From an uncultured SAR86 cluster bacterium (lineage in GTDB: Bacteria; Pseudomonadota; Gammaproteobacteria; Magnimaribacterales; D2472), in the NCBI GenBank assembly GCA_902516285.1, contig CABXXT010000001.1, positions 35,655-99,654 of the forward strand: DNA of 64,000 nt. Direction: 5' to 3'. Below are positions 40,019 to 49,312 of the stretch, one piece after another. The notes under the pieces were generated by a model. The model did not search any database and was not told where the DNA came from. It saw nothing but the letters and a program-made list of their open reading frames with translations. Within the stretch, counting starts at the first letter, position 1. Every line of letters starts with the position of its first letter. The position numbers and the translations under genes were made by a program.

Positions 40019-41158
40019 ATGAAGTTAACTCTTAACGAAGAAGAACAGTTTCTTAAAGATACTGCTAAAAATTTTGCACAAGAAAGATGTCCAGTTACTC
40101 ATTTTAGATCCTTAAGAGATTCTAATGACCCACAACTATGGGATAAAGCAATATGGAATGAAATGTCTAAACTTGGATGGCCAGGTATTTTAATACCAGA
40201 AGAATATGGTGGCTCAAATTTTGGTATATCAGGTATTAGTGTAATACTTCAAGAGTGTGCAAAAACTCTCACACCCTCGCCTCTATTTGCAACTGGTGTA
40301 ATTGGAGCATACTCGATAGCAAATTTTGGAAACGAAAATCAAAAAGAGGAATATCTTCCAAAAATTGTAAGTGGTGAAATGACAACAGCTTTTGCTATTG
40401 ATGAATCAAGCCATCATAATCCTGCGGATACAGAAATGACTGCAGAATTTAAAAAAGATAAAGTAATTCTTAATGGAAAAAAAATATTTGTTGTAGATGG
40501 AGCAAGTGCAGACTTATTAATCGTACTGGCAAGAACATCTGGCAATAAAGGCGAAACAAGCGGCCTTACTTTGTTTTTTGTAAATTCAAATTCCTCTGGT
40601 GTAGAAAAAATTAAACTTGATATGGCAGATTCTAGAAACTATGCAAACATAGTTTTTTCAGATGTCGAAATCAATAAAGAAGATATATTAGGAGATATTG
40701 AGACAGGTGGAGAAACAGCTGAAAACATTCTAGATATTGCTAGAATTGCATTATCGGCTGAAATGTTAGGCAACTCTGAAGCAGCTTTTGAAACTACATT
40801 GGATTATTTGAAACAAAGAAAACAGTTTGGTGTCTTGATTGGTTCTTTTCAAGCACTTCAACATAGAGCTGCACAAATGTTTTGTGAACTAGAATTGACA
40901 AAATCTTCAGTGATGGCGGCAATGAGAGCTGCTGACGAGAATTCAAACGAACTTCAAAGACTCTCAAGTCTTGCTAAAACTGTTGCGGGAGAAACTTTAC
41001 ATCTTGTGTCAAATGAAGCAGTTCAAATGCATGGTGGTATTGGAGTTACTGATGAATATGATATTGGTTTCTTTCTTAAAAGAGGAAGAGTAGCTGAACA
41101 GATATATGGAGGTATTAAATTTCATACTGAAAGATATGCAAATTTGTCAGGTTTTTAA
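40019..41158 (+). CDS. acyl-CoA dehydrogenase family protein (pair 1, putative non-catalytic beta subunit)
   Basis: 379 aa with the ACAD fold (QRKQFGVLIGSFQALQHR). It has Ala at the IVD-type base position (...LDIARIAL...) and Gly at the MCAD-type position (...EQIYGGIKF...). 6-nt gap from the upstream ACAD. Confidence 0.8.
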   Translation: MKLTLNEEEQFLKDTAKNFAQERCPVTHFRSLRDSNDPQLWDKAIWNEMSKLGWPGILIPEEYGGSNFGISGISVILQECAKTLTPSPLFATGVIGAYSIANFGNENQKEEYLPKIVSGEMTTAFAIDESSHHNPADTEMTAEFKKDKVILNGKKIFVVDGASADLLIVLARTSGNKGETSGLTLFFVNSNSSGVEKIKLDMADSRNYANIVFSDVEINKEDILGDIETGGETAENILDIARIALSAEMLGNSEAAFETTLDYLKQRKQFGVLIGSFQALQHRAAQMFCELELTKSSVMAAMRAADENSNELQRLSSLAKTVAGETLHLVSNEAVQMHGGIGVTDEYDIGFFLKRGRVAEQIYGGIKFHTERYANLSGF

Positions 41159-41167
41159 TTTCATAAA

Positions 41168-42049
41168 ATGAAGAATTTTTTATCGAACTTAAAGGGTGTT
41201 ATCCATTTCATATTTATAATAATCGAACTCACTATTGGTTTTTCTACAATAACAATAGCTAATCTTCCTAGGCCATTTGTGTCTCAAAAACTCAAAATTT
41301 CTTTAGCAAGAATGTCTAATCATATTAGCGATTGGACGATATTGGGTTTCAAAGTCATCATGAACTTTTTTCATAACAATAAGATGGAAGTTATTTACGA
41401 GGATACCTTTGACAGAAATGACTGGTGTTTGGGACTTGCTAACCATCAATCATGGGCAGATATTCTCTTAATACTTTCTGCATCAAATTATATGATGCCA
41501 AATATTAGATTTTTTATGAAGAAAGAGCTCTCCTGGATACCATTTATATATTTAGCTAATAAAAATTTAAATATGCCCTTTGTTAATAGGCATTCAAAGA
41601 AACAGATCATTAAAAATCCAAACCTGAGGTTGCAGGACTATGAAAATACAATTAAATCATGCAAAAGATTAAAAAGAGCTCCATCAACAATTTTTAGTTA
41701 TGCAGAGGGAACAAGATTTACATCAGAAAAACATAAAGAACAAAATTCTTCATATAAGAACCTTCTTGAACCAAAAATAGGAGGTCTAGCAACTGCATTA
41801 TCAGCATTACCAGAATCAAAATATTTGATTGACTTTACTCTGGTTTATAAAACTGATCAAAGATCTGCTTGGGCGTTCTTGAAAGGAGATATGGCAGATG
41901 TGAAAATCCTGGTAAAAAAATTTAAAATCCCTGAAAGTCTCAAAAATAAGAGTTATTTAGATGACAATGAATATAGGATTGAATTTAAAAATTGGATTGA
42001 GGATATTTGGAGTCAAAAAGATAAGAGTATTGAATCTTTAAAATTCTAA
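41168..42049 (+). CDS. PlsC-family lysophospholipid acyltransferase (YihG-like)
   Basis: 293 aa. N-terminal TM helix, HX4D motif (NHQSWAD) and the EGTR motif (YAEGTRFT). Confidence 0.75.
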   Translation: MKNFLSNLKGVIHFIFIIIELTIGFSTITIANLPRPFVSQKLKISLARMSNHISDWTILGFKVIMNFFHNNKMEVIYEDTFDRNDWCLGLANHQSWADILLILSASNYMMPNIRFFMKKELSWIPFIYLANKNLNMPFVNRHSKKQIIKNPNLRLQDYENTIKSCKRLKRAPSTIFSYAEGTRFTSEKHKEQNSSYKNLLEPKIGGLATALSALPESKYLIDFTLVYKTDQRSAWAFLKGDMADVKILVKKFKIPESLKNKSYLDDNEYRIEFKNWIEDIWSQKDKSIESLKF

Positions 42050-42532
42050 TTTTGAATTCGATATAGCCCATCCATTAGAATCAACATATATCCAATACCC
42101 AGGAACAATATTAATTTCCTTTATTTTAAAAGGTACATTAATTTGTCCTGCCCCGACTGTCTTATCTGTTTTCTTTGGGAAAGAATTTTTCGCATACAAA
42201 CCAATTTGAATATCCTTTATAACTTCAACATCTCTAATATACCCATCAACAACTATTCCACTCCATTGGTTTTCATAAGCAATCTGAGCAATTTGATCTC
42301 CAACCATTGAACATAAATCTTTGCCTGTATGACTTATAAAGAGAACTTTTCCTTTTCCATTATTTTTTACAATATCTTTAACAACGCTATTAGAATGTTC
42401 ACATTGAGCAGTTTGAATTTCACCATAAAATTTTTCTATCCCGCCATAAGAATTATAAAATGAATCACCTATTTGAATTTTTTCGTAAAACTCATCACAA
42501 ATATCAGGAACGGTAAATTTCATAACATTCAC
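42038..42532 (-). CDS. rraA: RraA-family protein (RNase E regulator / HMG-CHA aldolase fold)
   Basis: 164 aa, collinear by eye with E. coli RraA (PDICDEF..., GKGKVLFI, MVGDQIAQIAYENQWSGIVVDGYIRDV). Confidence 0.78.
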   Translation of the reverse strand: MNVMKFTVPDICDEFYEKIQIGDSFYNSYGGIEKFYGEIQTAQCEHSNSVVKDIVKNNGKGKVLFISHTGKDLCSMVGDQIAQIAYENQWSGIVVDGYIRDVEVIKDIQIGLYAKNSFPKKTDKTVGAGQINVPFKIKEINIVPGYWIYVDSNGWAISNSKLEF

Positions 42533-42600
42533 TATTCTAATTCATTCTAAATTTAAAGTAAGTAATATAAAATATATACAATTAGTTATGGGAGAAAAAA

Positions 42601-43755
42601 ATGAAGTCGCAAATTTGTAAACTTTTAGATATTGAATTCCCTATGATTGCGTTTAGCCATTGTAGAGACGTCGTTGCAGCAGTTTCTAAGGCAGGAGGAA
42701 TGGGTGTTTTAGGTGCGGTTGGTCTTTCTCCAGAGAAACTTGAAATCGAACTAAAATGGATAGATGAACATGTTGATGGAAAGCCGTATGGTGTTGATGT
42801 ACTGGTACCAAATTCATATGTTGGCAAGGGAGAAAATCTTTCAACAAGTGACTTAAGAGAAATGATACCTCAAGAGCATAGAGAATTTCGTGCAGATATT
42901 CTTGAGCAACATAATATTGAAGCATCTGACCTTCGTGGTGGTGACGAGTCAGAAAAAACGGAAGAGAATTCCAATCAAGTTTTGGGTGCTGGTCTTGATG
43001 GGGCGAAAGAAGTTCTTGAGGTTGCTTTTTCCCATCCCATAAAACTTGTAGCAAATGCACTTGGGGTTCCTCCTAAATGGATGTTAGATATGGGTAAAGA
43101 GCATAATGTTCCTGTCGCTGCTCTTGTTGGAGCAAAACAACATGCTGTAAAGCAAGCTGAAGCAGGAGTTGATATTATAGTAGTTTCAGGCACTGAAGGC
43201 GGTGGGCACTGCGGAAGTGTTTCTACGATGGTTCTTGTTCCTGAGGTTAGAAGAGCTTTGAAGTCTTATGGTGATATTCCTATTCTTGCAGCTGGTGGCA
43301 TTTGCACAGGTGAACAAATGGCTGGAGTAATGGCAATGGGAGCAGACGGAGTATGGTGTGCTTCAGTATTTCTTCCAACAACTGAGGCAGAAACTTCAGA
43401 CAATATCAAAGAAAAGCTTGTAGCAGCATCTTCAAGTCATACTGTCAGATCAAAAAGTAGGACTGGAAAACACTCCAGACAACTCTCATCTCCTTGGGTA
43501 GAGGCATGGGAAGACAAAGATGCACCAGAACCCCTTCCTATGCCATTACAAACAATGGTAAGCGAACCTGCTCTGAAAAAAGTTGCAGACCAAGCTGCTA
43601 TTGGACATGAAGGAGCAAAACAACTTGAAACATACTGGGTTGGACAAGGTATTGGGTTAGTAAATGAGTCGATTACTGCTGGACAAACCGTTCAAAAGTT
43701 TAAAGAAGAATTCGTTGATTCTTATGAAAGAATAAATAAATTTTTATCAGATTAA
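42601..43755 (+). CDS. nitronate monooxygenase / 2-nitropropane dioxygenase-like FMN oxidoreductase
   Basis: 384 aa TIM barrel. NMO motifs (FPMIAFSH..., VVSGTEGGGHCG, LAAGGI). SD GGGAGA upstream. Confidence 0.78.
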   Translation: MKSQICKLLDIEFPMIAFSHCRDVVAAVSKAGGMGVLGAVGLSPEKLEIELKWIDEHVDGKPYGVDVLVPNSYVGKGENLSTSDLREMIPQEHREFRADILEQHNIEASDLRGGDESEKTEENSNQVLGAGLDGAKEVLEVAFSHPIKLVANALGVPPKWMLDMGKEHNVPVAALVGAKQHAVKQAEAGVDIIVVSGTEGGGHCGSVSTMVLVPEVRRALKSYGDIPILAAGGICTGEQMAGVMAMGADGVWCASVFLPTTEAETSDNIKEKLVAASSSHTVRSKSRTGKHSRQLSSPWVEAWEDKDAPEPLPMPLQTMVSEPALKKVADQAAIGHEGAKQLETYWVGQGIGLVNESITAGQTVQKFKEEFVDSYERINKFLSD

Positions 43756-43762
43756 ATAAAAT

Positions 43763-45697
43763 TTGTTGCTAAAAATCTTTAAAAATATAATTATTTTATT
43801 TATTGGTGTTCTACTAATAATAATCAGTTATGCGCTCTTGAATTATTTCAAACCATTCGAAAGAATTAATATAAGCATGTCTTTATATGATGATGTTCAA
43901 ACCATGATCATTGATGATCAAAAATTTAGAGATTTAAATAAAAATAATATTTTAGATGTCTATGAGGATCATAGGTTGGATGCTGAAACTAGAAGTGAAG
44001 ATCTTTTGAATCTAATGACAATTGATGAAAAGATTGGTCAAATGTTTCATCCTCCTTTTATCCTTAAACCAGATTTTTTTATGATGCTTTACGAGATTGC
44101 TATCAGAGGAAATAAACTAACAGAGACACAGATAGTTGATGATAACATTACTCATTTTAATCTTTATGGGAATCCAAGTCCTTTTGAATTAGGCGTAAAA
44201 ATAAACCACTTACAAAAAATTGCTTCAAAAACTAGATTAGGTATACCAATAACAATAAGTTCTGACCCAATTCATGAAGTTCCAAAAGGTGGAGGTGTAG
44301 CTTCATTTTCAGTTGATGGATTTTCTAAATGGCCTTCTCAATTAGGTTTTGCTGCATCAAAAGATACTAATATGGTTAAAAAATTTGCTGAAATTGTAAG
44401 AGAAGAATATCTAGCGGTTGGAATCAGAACTGCGCTTCATCCAATGTCAGATTTAGCTACAGACCCAAGATGGGCAAGAAACTTTGGTACTTTTGGTTCT
44501 AACGCAAAATTATCAAGCGATATGACAATTGCTTATATGAATGGGTTTCAAGGTAATAAAATAAATAACAAAAGTGTTTTGACAATGGTAAAACACTTCC
44601 CTGGAGGTGGTCCTCAAGAAAATGGTTTAGATGCTCATCTATATAGCGGACGAAATCAAATATATCCCGGTAACAATTTTGATTATCATTTAAAACCTTT
44701 TGAAGACGCAATTAAAAATAATTTAAAGGTCATAATGCCCTATTATGGCATTCCTGTTGGACAAACTAATGAGGATGTAGCTATGGCATATAACAAATAC
44801 ATTCTTACTGATTTATTGAGAAATGAGCTTGGTTACAATGGAGTTATTTGTTCTGACTGGGGCATTATCACTGGCAGACATTGGGGTGTGGATAATCTTT
44901 CTATAAAAAAAAGATATGAAAAATCATTAGCTGCTGGAATTGATCAATATGGTGGCGAAACAGACACCTCTTTCATTAAAAGTTTGTTCAATGAGAATAG
45001 AATTTCTGAAAAAAGAATTAACGAATCAGTAAAAAGAATATTAATGAATAAATTTAAATTAGGTTTATTTGATGATCCATATATAGATGAGGCTGAAATT
45101 CAAAATACTGTGAATACTGAATCAAATATTGAGGCAGGAATTGAGGCACAAAGAAAGTCTATTGTTTTGTTAAAAAATAATGGAGTGTTGCCTTTAAAAA
45201 AAGATACAAAAATATTCATTGACGGTCTTGATAAAGAAATTGGAAGTGAGTTTGGAACATTGGTAGAAAGCATTGAAGATGCTGATGTTGTTATTATGTA
45301 TATTCACACTGTTTTTAATGGTAATCAAGAATCGGGTTTGAATAGAATTTTTGATAATTTTCTTAGCACTTTATTCCCAGATGGAAATTTAGATTTAAAT
45401 AATGAGATAGTGAATAAGGTCAAAAACTTTTCAAAAGAAAAAGATTTAATAGTCGTTGTTGATTTAAATAGGCCAGTTATTTTGGAAAGTATTAAAGATA
45501 AAACTTCAGGTCTTATAGGAACCTTTGGAGTTCAAGATAGAGTAATGTATGAGGGTCTTTTTGGAATTTTTAATCCCTCTGGAAGATTACCCTTTGAAAT
45601 ACCCTCTTCGATGGAATCTGTTTTAAATCAAAAAGAAGACTTACCAGACGATACAACGAATCCAACATATAAATACGGATATGGAATAAGTTACTAA
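43763..45697 (+). CDS. glycoside hydrolase family 3 (beta-glucosidase/BglX-like), membrane-anchored or exported
   Basis: 644 aa. GH3 motifs KHFPGGG and the nucleophile context VICSDWG. The TTG start gives an N-terminal hydrophobic anchor (IIILFIGVLLIIISYALL). Confidence 0.85.
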   Translation: MLLKIFKNIIILFIGVLLIIISYALLNYFKPFERINISMSLYDDVQTMIIDDQKFRDLNKNNILDVYEDHRLDAETRSEDLLNLMTIDEKIGQMFHPPFILKPDFFMMLYEIAIRGNKLTETQIVDDNITHFNLYGNPSPFELGVKINHLQKIASKTRLGIPITISSDPIHEVPKGGGVASFSVDGFSKWPSQLGFAASKDTNMVKKFAEIVREEYLAVGIRTALHPMSDLATDPRWARNFGTFGSNAKLSSDMTIAYMNGFQGNKINNKSVLTMVKHFPGGGPQENGLDAHLYSGRNQIYPGNNFDYHLKPFEDAIKNNLKVIMPYYGIPVGQTNEDVAMAYNKYILTDLLRNELGYNGVICSDWGIITGRHWGVDNLSIKKRYEKSLAAGIDQYGGETDTSFIKSLFNENRISEKRINESVKRILMNKFKLGLFDDPYIDEAEIQNTVNTESNIEAGIEAQRKSIVLLKNNGVLPLKKDTKIFIDGLDKEIGSEFGTLVESIEDADVVIMYIHTVFNGNQESGLNRIFDNFLSTLFPDGNLDLNNEIVNKVKNFSKEKDLIVVVDLNRPVILESIKDKTSGLIGTFGVQDRVMYEGLFGIFNPSGRLPFEIPSSMESVLNQKEDLPDDTTNPTYKYGYGISY

Positions 45698-46956
45698 ATT
45701 GCTTCGTTTCTTGGTTTAAATTCAAGCACAGTGGCATTAATACAATATCTTGGTAACCCATTTGGACCATCATCAAAAACGTGCCCCAAGTGAATATCTG
45801 AAGAAATTGATCGAATCTCTGTTCTACTCATGCCATAACTATTATCTGGAAGTTCATAGACAGAACCCTCAACAGGCTTTGTAAATGAAAGCCATCCAGT
45901 TCTTGAAACAAACCTATCTCTAGTATCAAATAGGGGCATACCGCTTAATTTATCAATAAAAACTCCATCAGGTGTGTTTTTAAAGATCTCGTACTCTTTA
46001 CAAAAACGTGCATCTGTTCCTTTGTTAAATGCAACGTTAAATGCTTCAGAATCTCCCAATTTAAATTTACCTAATAATTCATAAAAGTCTTTAGGATCAA
46101 TGTATCCTTGATGTGCGAAAACTTCTTTTCCATTTTTCAAAAAAATTATTGATGGTGTGGCCCATGTAGGGGAAAAAACTTGAAGACCATGCAGTTGATC
46201 TGATGTTCTGTATGAAATAGGTATGCTGCCTTTATATTCATCAGTTACATTTAATTTTAATTTTTCACAATAAGGACAATAATTTTGTGAATCTAAAACT
46301 AATATTTGTTTTCCTTTCCGCAAAGGCTCATTATTTAACAAAGTTTTATTAGCATCATTAAAAACTATACCTGTTGATAAATCTGGGCAGTAGCCATTAG
46401 GATTTTTCTTTAGATAGTCCTGATGATAATCTTCAGCAAAATAAAAATTATCCAAAGGTTCTATTTTAGTCCTTACTTTTCCATATCCTGCATTTATTAA
46501 AAGCTCTTGATATTCTTCCGTAATTTCTATTGCAAGTTGTCTTTGCTTTTCATTAGAAAAAAGAATGGTGGATCGATATTGGGTTCCTATATCATTACCC
46601 TGCCTATTTAATTGTGTTGGATCGTGTGTTTCAAAAAAATGTTTTAAAATTTTCTCAAGATTTATAGCATTACTGTTATATGTAATTTTAACAACTTCAG
46701 CAAAATTATTATCATTATATTTATTTTTTAACTGAATTATTGATCTGTAATTTGGCTTAATGCCATAACCATTAGCATATCCTGATTGTGCATCTATAAC
46801 ACCATCAAGGGACTCATACCCTTTTTCAGCACCCCAGAAACAACCTGAACCAAGATATATAGTATCAATGTGAGTTGTCTTATTAGCTTCTAAACTTGGA
46901 GATATAAATACAAAAAATAATAAAAGAAAATTCTTGATTTTAACTATTGGTTTCAT
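45694..46956 (-). CDS. msrAB: exported methionine sulfoxide reductase fusion: MsrA - thioredoxin-fold (CPYC) - MsrB
   Basis: 420 aa. Signal peptide (FLLLFFVFISPSLEA), MsrA GSGCFWGAE...YHQDYL, central Trx/Grx-like YCPYCEKLK...ATPSIIF, and C-terminal MsrB (...TGWLSFTKP...HLGHVFDDGP...RYCINATVL). Confidence 0.85.
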   Translation of the reverse strand: MKPIVKIKNFLLLFFVFISPSLEANKTTHIDTIYLGSGCFWGAEKGYESLDGVIDAQSGYANGYGIKPNYRSIIQLKNKYNDNNFAEVVKITYNSNAINLEKILKHFFETHDPTQLNRQGNDIGTQYRSTILFSNEKQRQLAIEITEEYQELLINAGYGKVRTKIEPLDNFYFAEDYHQDYLKKNPNGYCPDLSTGIVFNDANKTLLNNEPLRKGKQILVLDSQNYCPYCEKLKLNVTDEYKGSIPISYRTSDQLHGLQVFSPTWATPSIIFLKNGKEVFAHQGYIDPKDFYELLGKFKLGDSEAFNVAFNKGTDARFCKEYEIFKNTPDGVFIDKLSGMPLFDTRDRFVSRTGWLSFTKPVEGSVYELPDNSYGMSRTEIRSISSDIHLGHVFDDGPNGLPRYCINATVLEFKPRNEAI

Positions 46957-47560
46957 ATTTAAAGCTTTTACTTTTTATAAATGCGGGTCTTGAAAATAAA
47001 TTATCAGACCATTTTTTAATGTTTGGTTTAAATGCTTGCTCTATTCCAAGAGCCTCAGCAAGATTTATGGCATAACTTACACATATATCTGCAAGAGTAA
47101 AGCGATTTGAACACAAGTACTCTTTATTATTTAAGGATGTTTCCAGCAGTTTCAACCTGGATACAAACCATCTGCTGTACCCATCAATTGCAGCATCCGC
47201 TACTCCAGGTTCTTGGAACTTGTACCTCAGTACGACGGTTTGAGGAAAAGTTAAAGTAGCATCAGAGTGATATAACCAATTTAAATAAAGTGGGTAATCA
47301 TCTTCATCTGGCAAAACTTGTAAATCAGATGGGCCATATTTCTCAACAAGGTATTGAGAAATTGCTACTGACTCAGTCATTTTTATATTTCCATCTATCA
47401 TATACGGAACAGTTCCAAGTATATTTACGTCTAAATATTCTTTCATAAAGACTCTTGGAGGAAATGGCATCATTATCAATTCATAATCTAAACCCATTTC
47501 TTCTGCTGTCCAAATAGGTCTCATAGCTCTAGAATTCTCAGTACCGTAAATTTTTATCAT
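46940..47560 (-). CDS. glutathione S-transferase
   Basis: 206 aa. GST N-domain (IKIYG..SRAMRP, TVPYMIDG, TESVAISQYL) and a helical C-domain. Confidence 0.8.
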   Translation of the reverse strand: MIKIYGTENSRAMRPIWTAEEMGLDYELIMMPFPPRVFMKEYLDVNILGTVPYMIDGNIKMTESVAISQYLVEKYGPSDLQVLPDEDDYPLYLNWLYHSDATLTFPQTVVLRYKFQEPGVADAAIDGYSRWFVSRLKLLETSLNNKEYLCSNRFTLADICVSYAINLAEALGIEQAFKPNIKKWSDNLFSRPAFIKSKSFKYETNS

Positions 47561-47599
47561 ATTAAAATTTATTTATTTCCAACATTTTACATCTTATTA

Positions 47600-47629
47600 A
47601 TGGTAATATTAATGATATTATATTACCAT
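47600..47629. promoter_or_regulatory. 10-bp perfect inverted repeat, candidate TetR-family operator of the carboxylase operon
   Basis: ATGGTAATAT-taatgatatt-ATATTACCAT sits centrally in the 93-bp GST/carboxylase divergent region, 24 nt before ATG 47654. A TetR gene lies within the downstream operon. Confidence 0.35.
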
Positions 47630-47653
47630 AAATATCTATATTAAATTTAAATT

Positions 47654-49312
47654 ATGAAAAAAGAGAATATTGCACCAAAAATTAAAACTAATTTAGACAC
47701 TAAATCAGATCAATATCAAAAAAATAAAGATATGATGCTCGAAAAGCTTTCATTTTTAGATGGTCTTTTAGATTTAGCAGAAATAGGTGGTGGCATGCAC
47801 CATCATGAGCGTTTAGCGAAAAGAGGAAAAATGCCAGTAAGGCAAAGAGTCCTAAATGTTCTTGATCAAGATAGTCCATTTCTAGAAATTCAACCTTTCG
47901 CAGCATACGGAACAACCAACTATCATGTGGGAGGTGGTTGTGTATCAGGAGTTGGAATAATTTCAGGTGTAGAGTGCGTAATATTTGCAAATGATCCAAC
48001 TGTAAAAGCAGGTGCAATGACAGTATATGTTGGTGAAAAATGGAAACGAGCAAAAGAGATTGCAAGAGAGAATAAAATCCCATTTATAAGTTTTGTTGAA
48101 TCTGCTGGTGGCGATCTCAGTGTAGGGAATAGTAGTGGTGACTCTCCTCCAATTGCTCCTAGTATTCAGCAAGGTCATTTTGCCTCAACTGGTAGATTTT
48201 TTTATGAAATGACAGAATTATCAAAATTGAGAATACCTGTAATATCAGTAGTTTTTGGTTCATCAACCGCTGGAGGTGCATATCAACCTGGAATGTCAGA
48301 CTACAATATTTTTATAAAAGATCAATCAAAGGCCTTTCTAGCAGGGCCACCACTTGTCAAAATGGCTACTGGAGAAGAATCTGATGATGAAACATTAGGA
48401 GGTGCTCAAATGCATTCAGAGGTTTCTGGTCTTTCAGATTATTTAGCAGAAGATGAGATGGATGCACTAAGAATTTGTAGAGAAGTCGTATCTCATTTGA
48501 ACTGGTCAAAAAAGGGTCCAAAGCCGAAAATAAAGTCTATAGGGCCTGTATATGATAAAGATGAATTACTTGGTATTTTAAGTGAAGATCTTAAATCTGC
48601 TGTAGACATAAAAGAAATAGTAGCAAGGTTTGTTGATGAATCTAGATTTGAAGAATTTAAGCCTCTATATGGATCTTCTTTAGTTTGTGGCTGGGCCTCT
48701 GTTCATGGATATCAAATAGGTATTATTGGAAATAATGGTCCTATTTATCCAGAGTCAGCTGAAAAAGGTGCCAGTTTTATTCAACTTTGTAACAAAAGAA
48801 ATATACCACTTATATTTCTGCATAATGTTACCGGTTTTCTTGTTGGTAAGGATTTTGAAAGGCAAGGTATTATTAAAAAAGGTTCTCAGCTTATAAATGC
48901 TGTATCTAATTCAATGGTCCCTCATATTACATTTATTGTAGGAGCTTCATATGGTGCAGGGACTTATGCCATGTCAGGTAAGGCTTTTAATAACAGATTT
49001 ACTTTTTTGTGGCCTACAGCAAAGATTGCAGTAATGGGGCCTGAGCAAATGGCTGGAGTTATGTCCATTGTAAGAAAAGCCAAAGCTAAAAGAGATGGCA
49101 AGAAATTTGATGAGAAGGCAGATGAGCAACTAAAAGCTATGGTAATTGAATATCTTGAAAATTTATCTCATGGTCTTGTTGCAAGCAGTATGCTTACAGA
49201 TGATGGAATTATTGATCCAAGAGATACTCGAGATGTAATTGGATTTTGCCTATCAATAGTTTGCAATAATGTTATTGAAGGAGCAAAAGAATATGGGGTA
49301 TTCAGATTATGA
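47654..49312 (+). CDS. acyl-CoA carboxylase carboxyltransferase (beta) subunit, methylcrotonyl-/geranyl-CoA carboxylase type (AtuC/LiuB-like)
   Basis: 552 aa. N-terminal GGG...HERLAKRGKMPVRQRV..LLDQDSPFLE pattern and two crotonase-like CT halves typical of MCC/GCC beta subunits. Confidence 0.9.
   Translation: MKKENIAPKIKTNLDTKSDQYQKNKDMMLEKLSFLDGLLDLAEIGGGMHHHERLAKRGKMPVRQRVLNVLDQDSPFLEIQPFAAYGTTNYHVGGGCVSGVGIISGVECVIFANDPTVKAGAMTVYVGEKWKRAKEIARENKIPFISFVESAGGDLSVGNSSGDSPPIAPSIQQGHFASTGRFFYEMTELSKLRIPVISVVFGSSTAGGAYQPGMSDYNIFIKDQSKAFLAGPPLVKMATGEESDDETLGGAQMHSEVSGLSDYLAEDEMDALRICREVVSHLNWSKKGPKPKIKSIGPVYDKDELLGILSEDLKSAVDIKEIVARFVDESRFEEFKPLYGSSLVCGWASVHGYQIGIIGNNGPIYPESAEKGASFIQLCNKRNIPLIFLHNVTGFLVGKDFERQGIIKKGSQLINAVSNSMVPHITFIVGASYGAGTYAMSGKAFNNRFTFLWPTAKIAVMGPEQMAGVMSIVRKAKAKRDGKKFDEKADEQLKAMVIEYLENLSHGLVASSMLTDDGIIDPRDTRDVIGFCLSIVCNNVIEGAKEYGVFRL

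Noticed and set aside
42582-43193. Three antisense ORFs and apparently higher GC across the nitronate-monooxygenase-like gene, considered as a sign of horizontal transfer
   Set aside because: The local GC rise coincides with a Gly/Ala-rich conserved TIM-barrel core. Flanks show no mobility genes or repeats. Without computed statistics I cannot support HGT.
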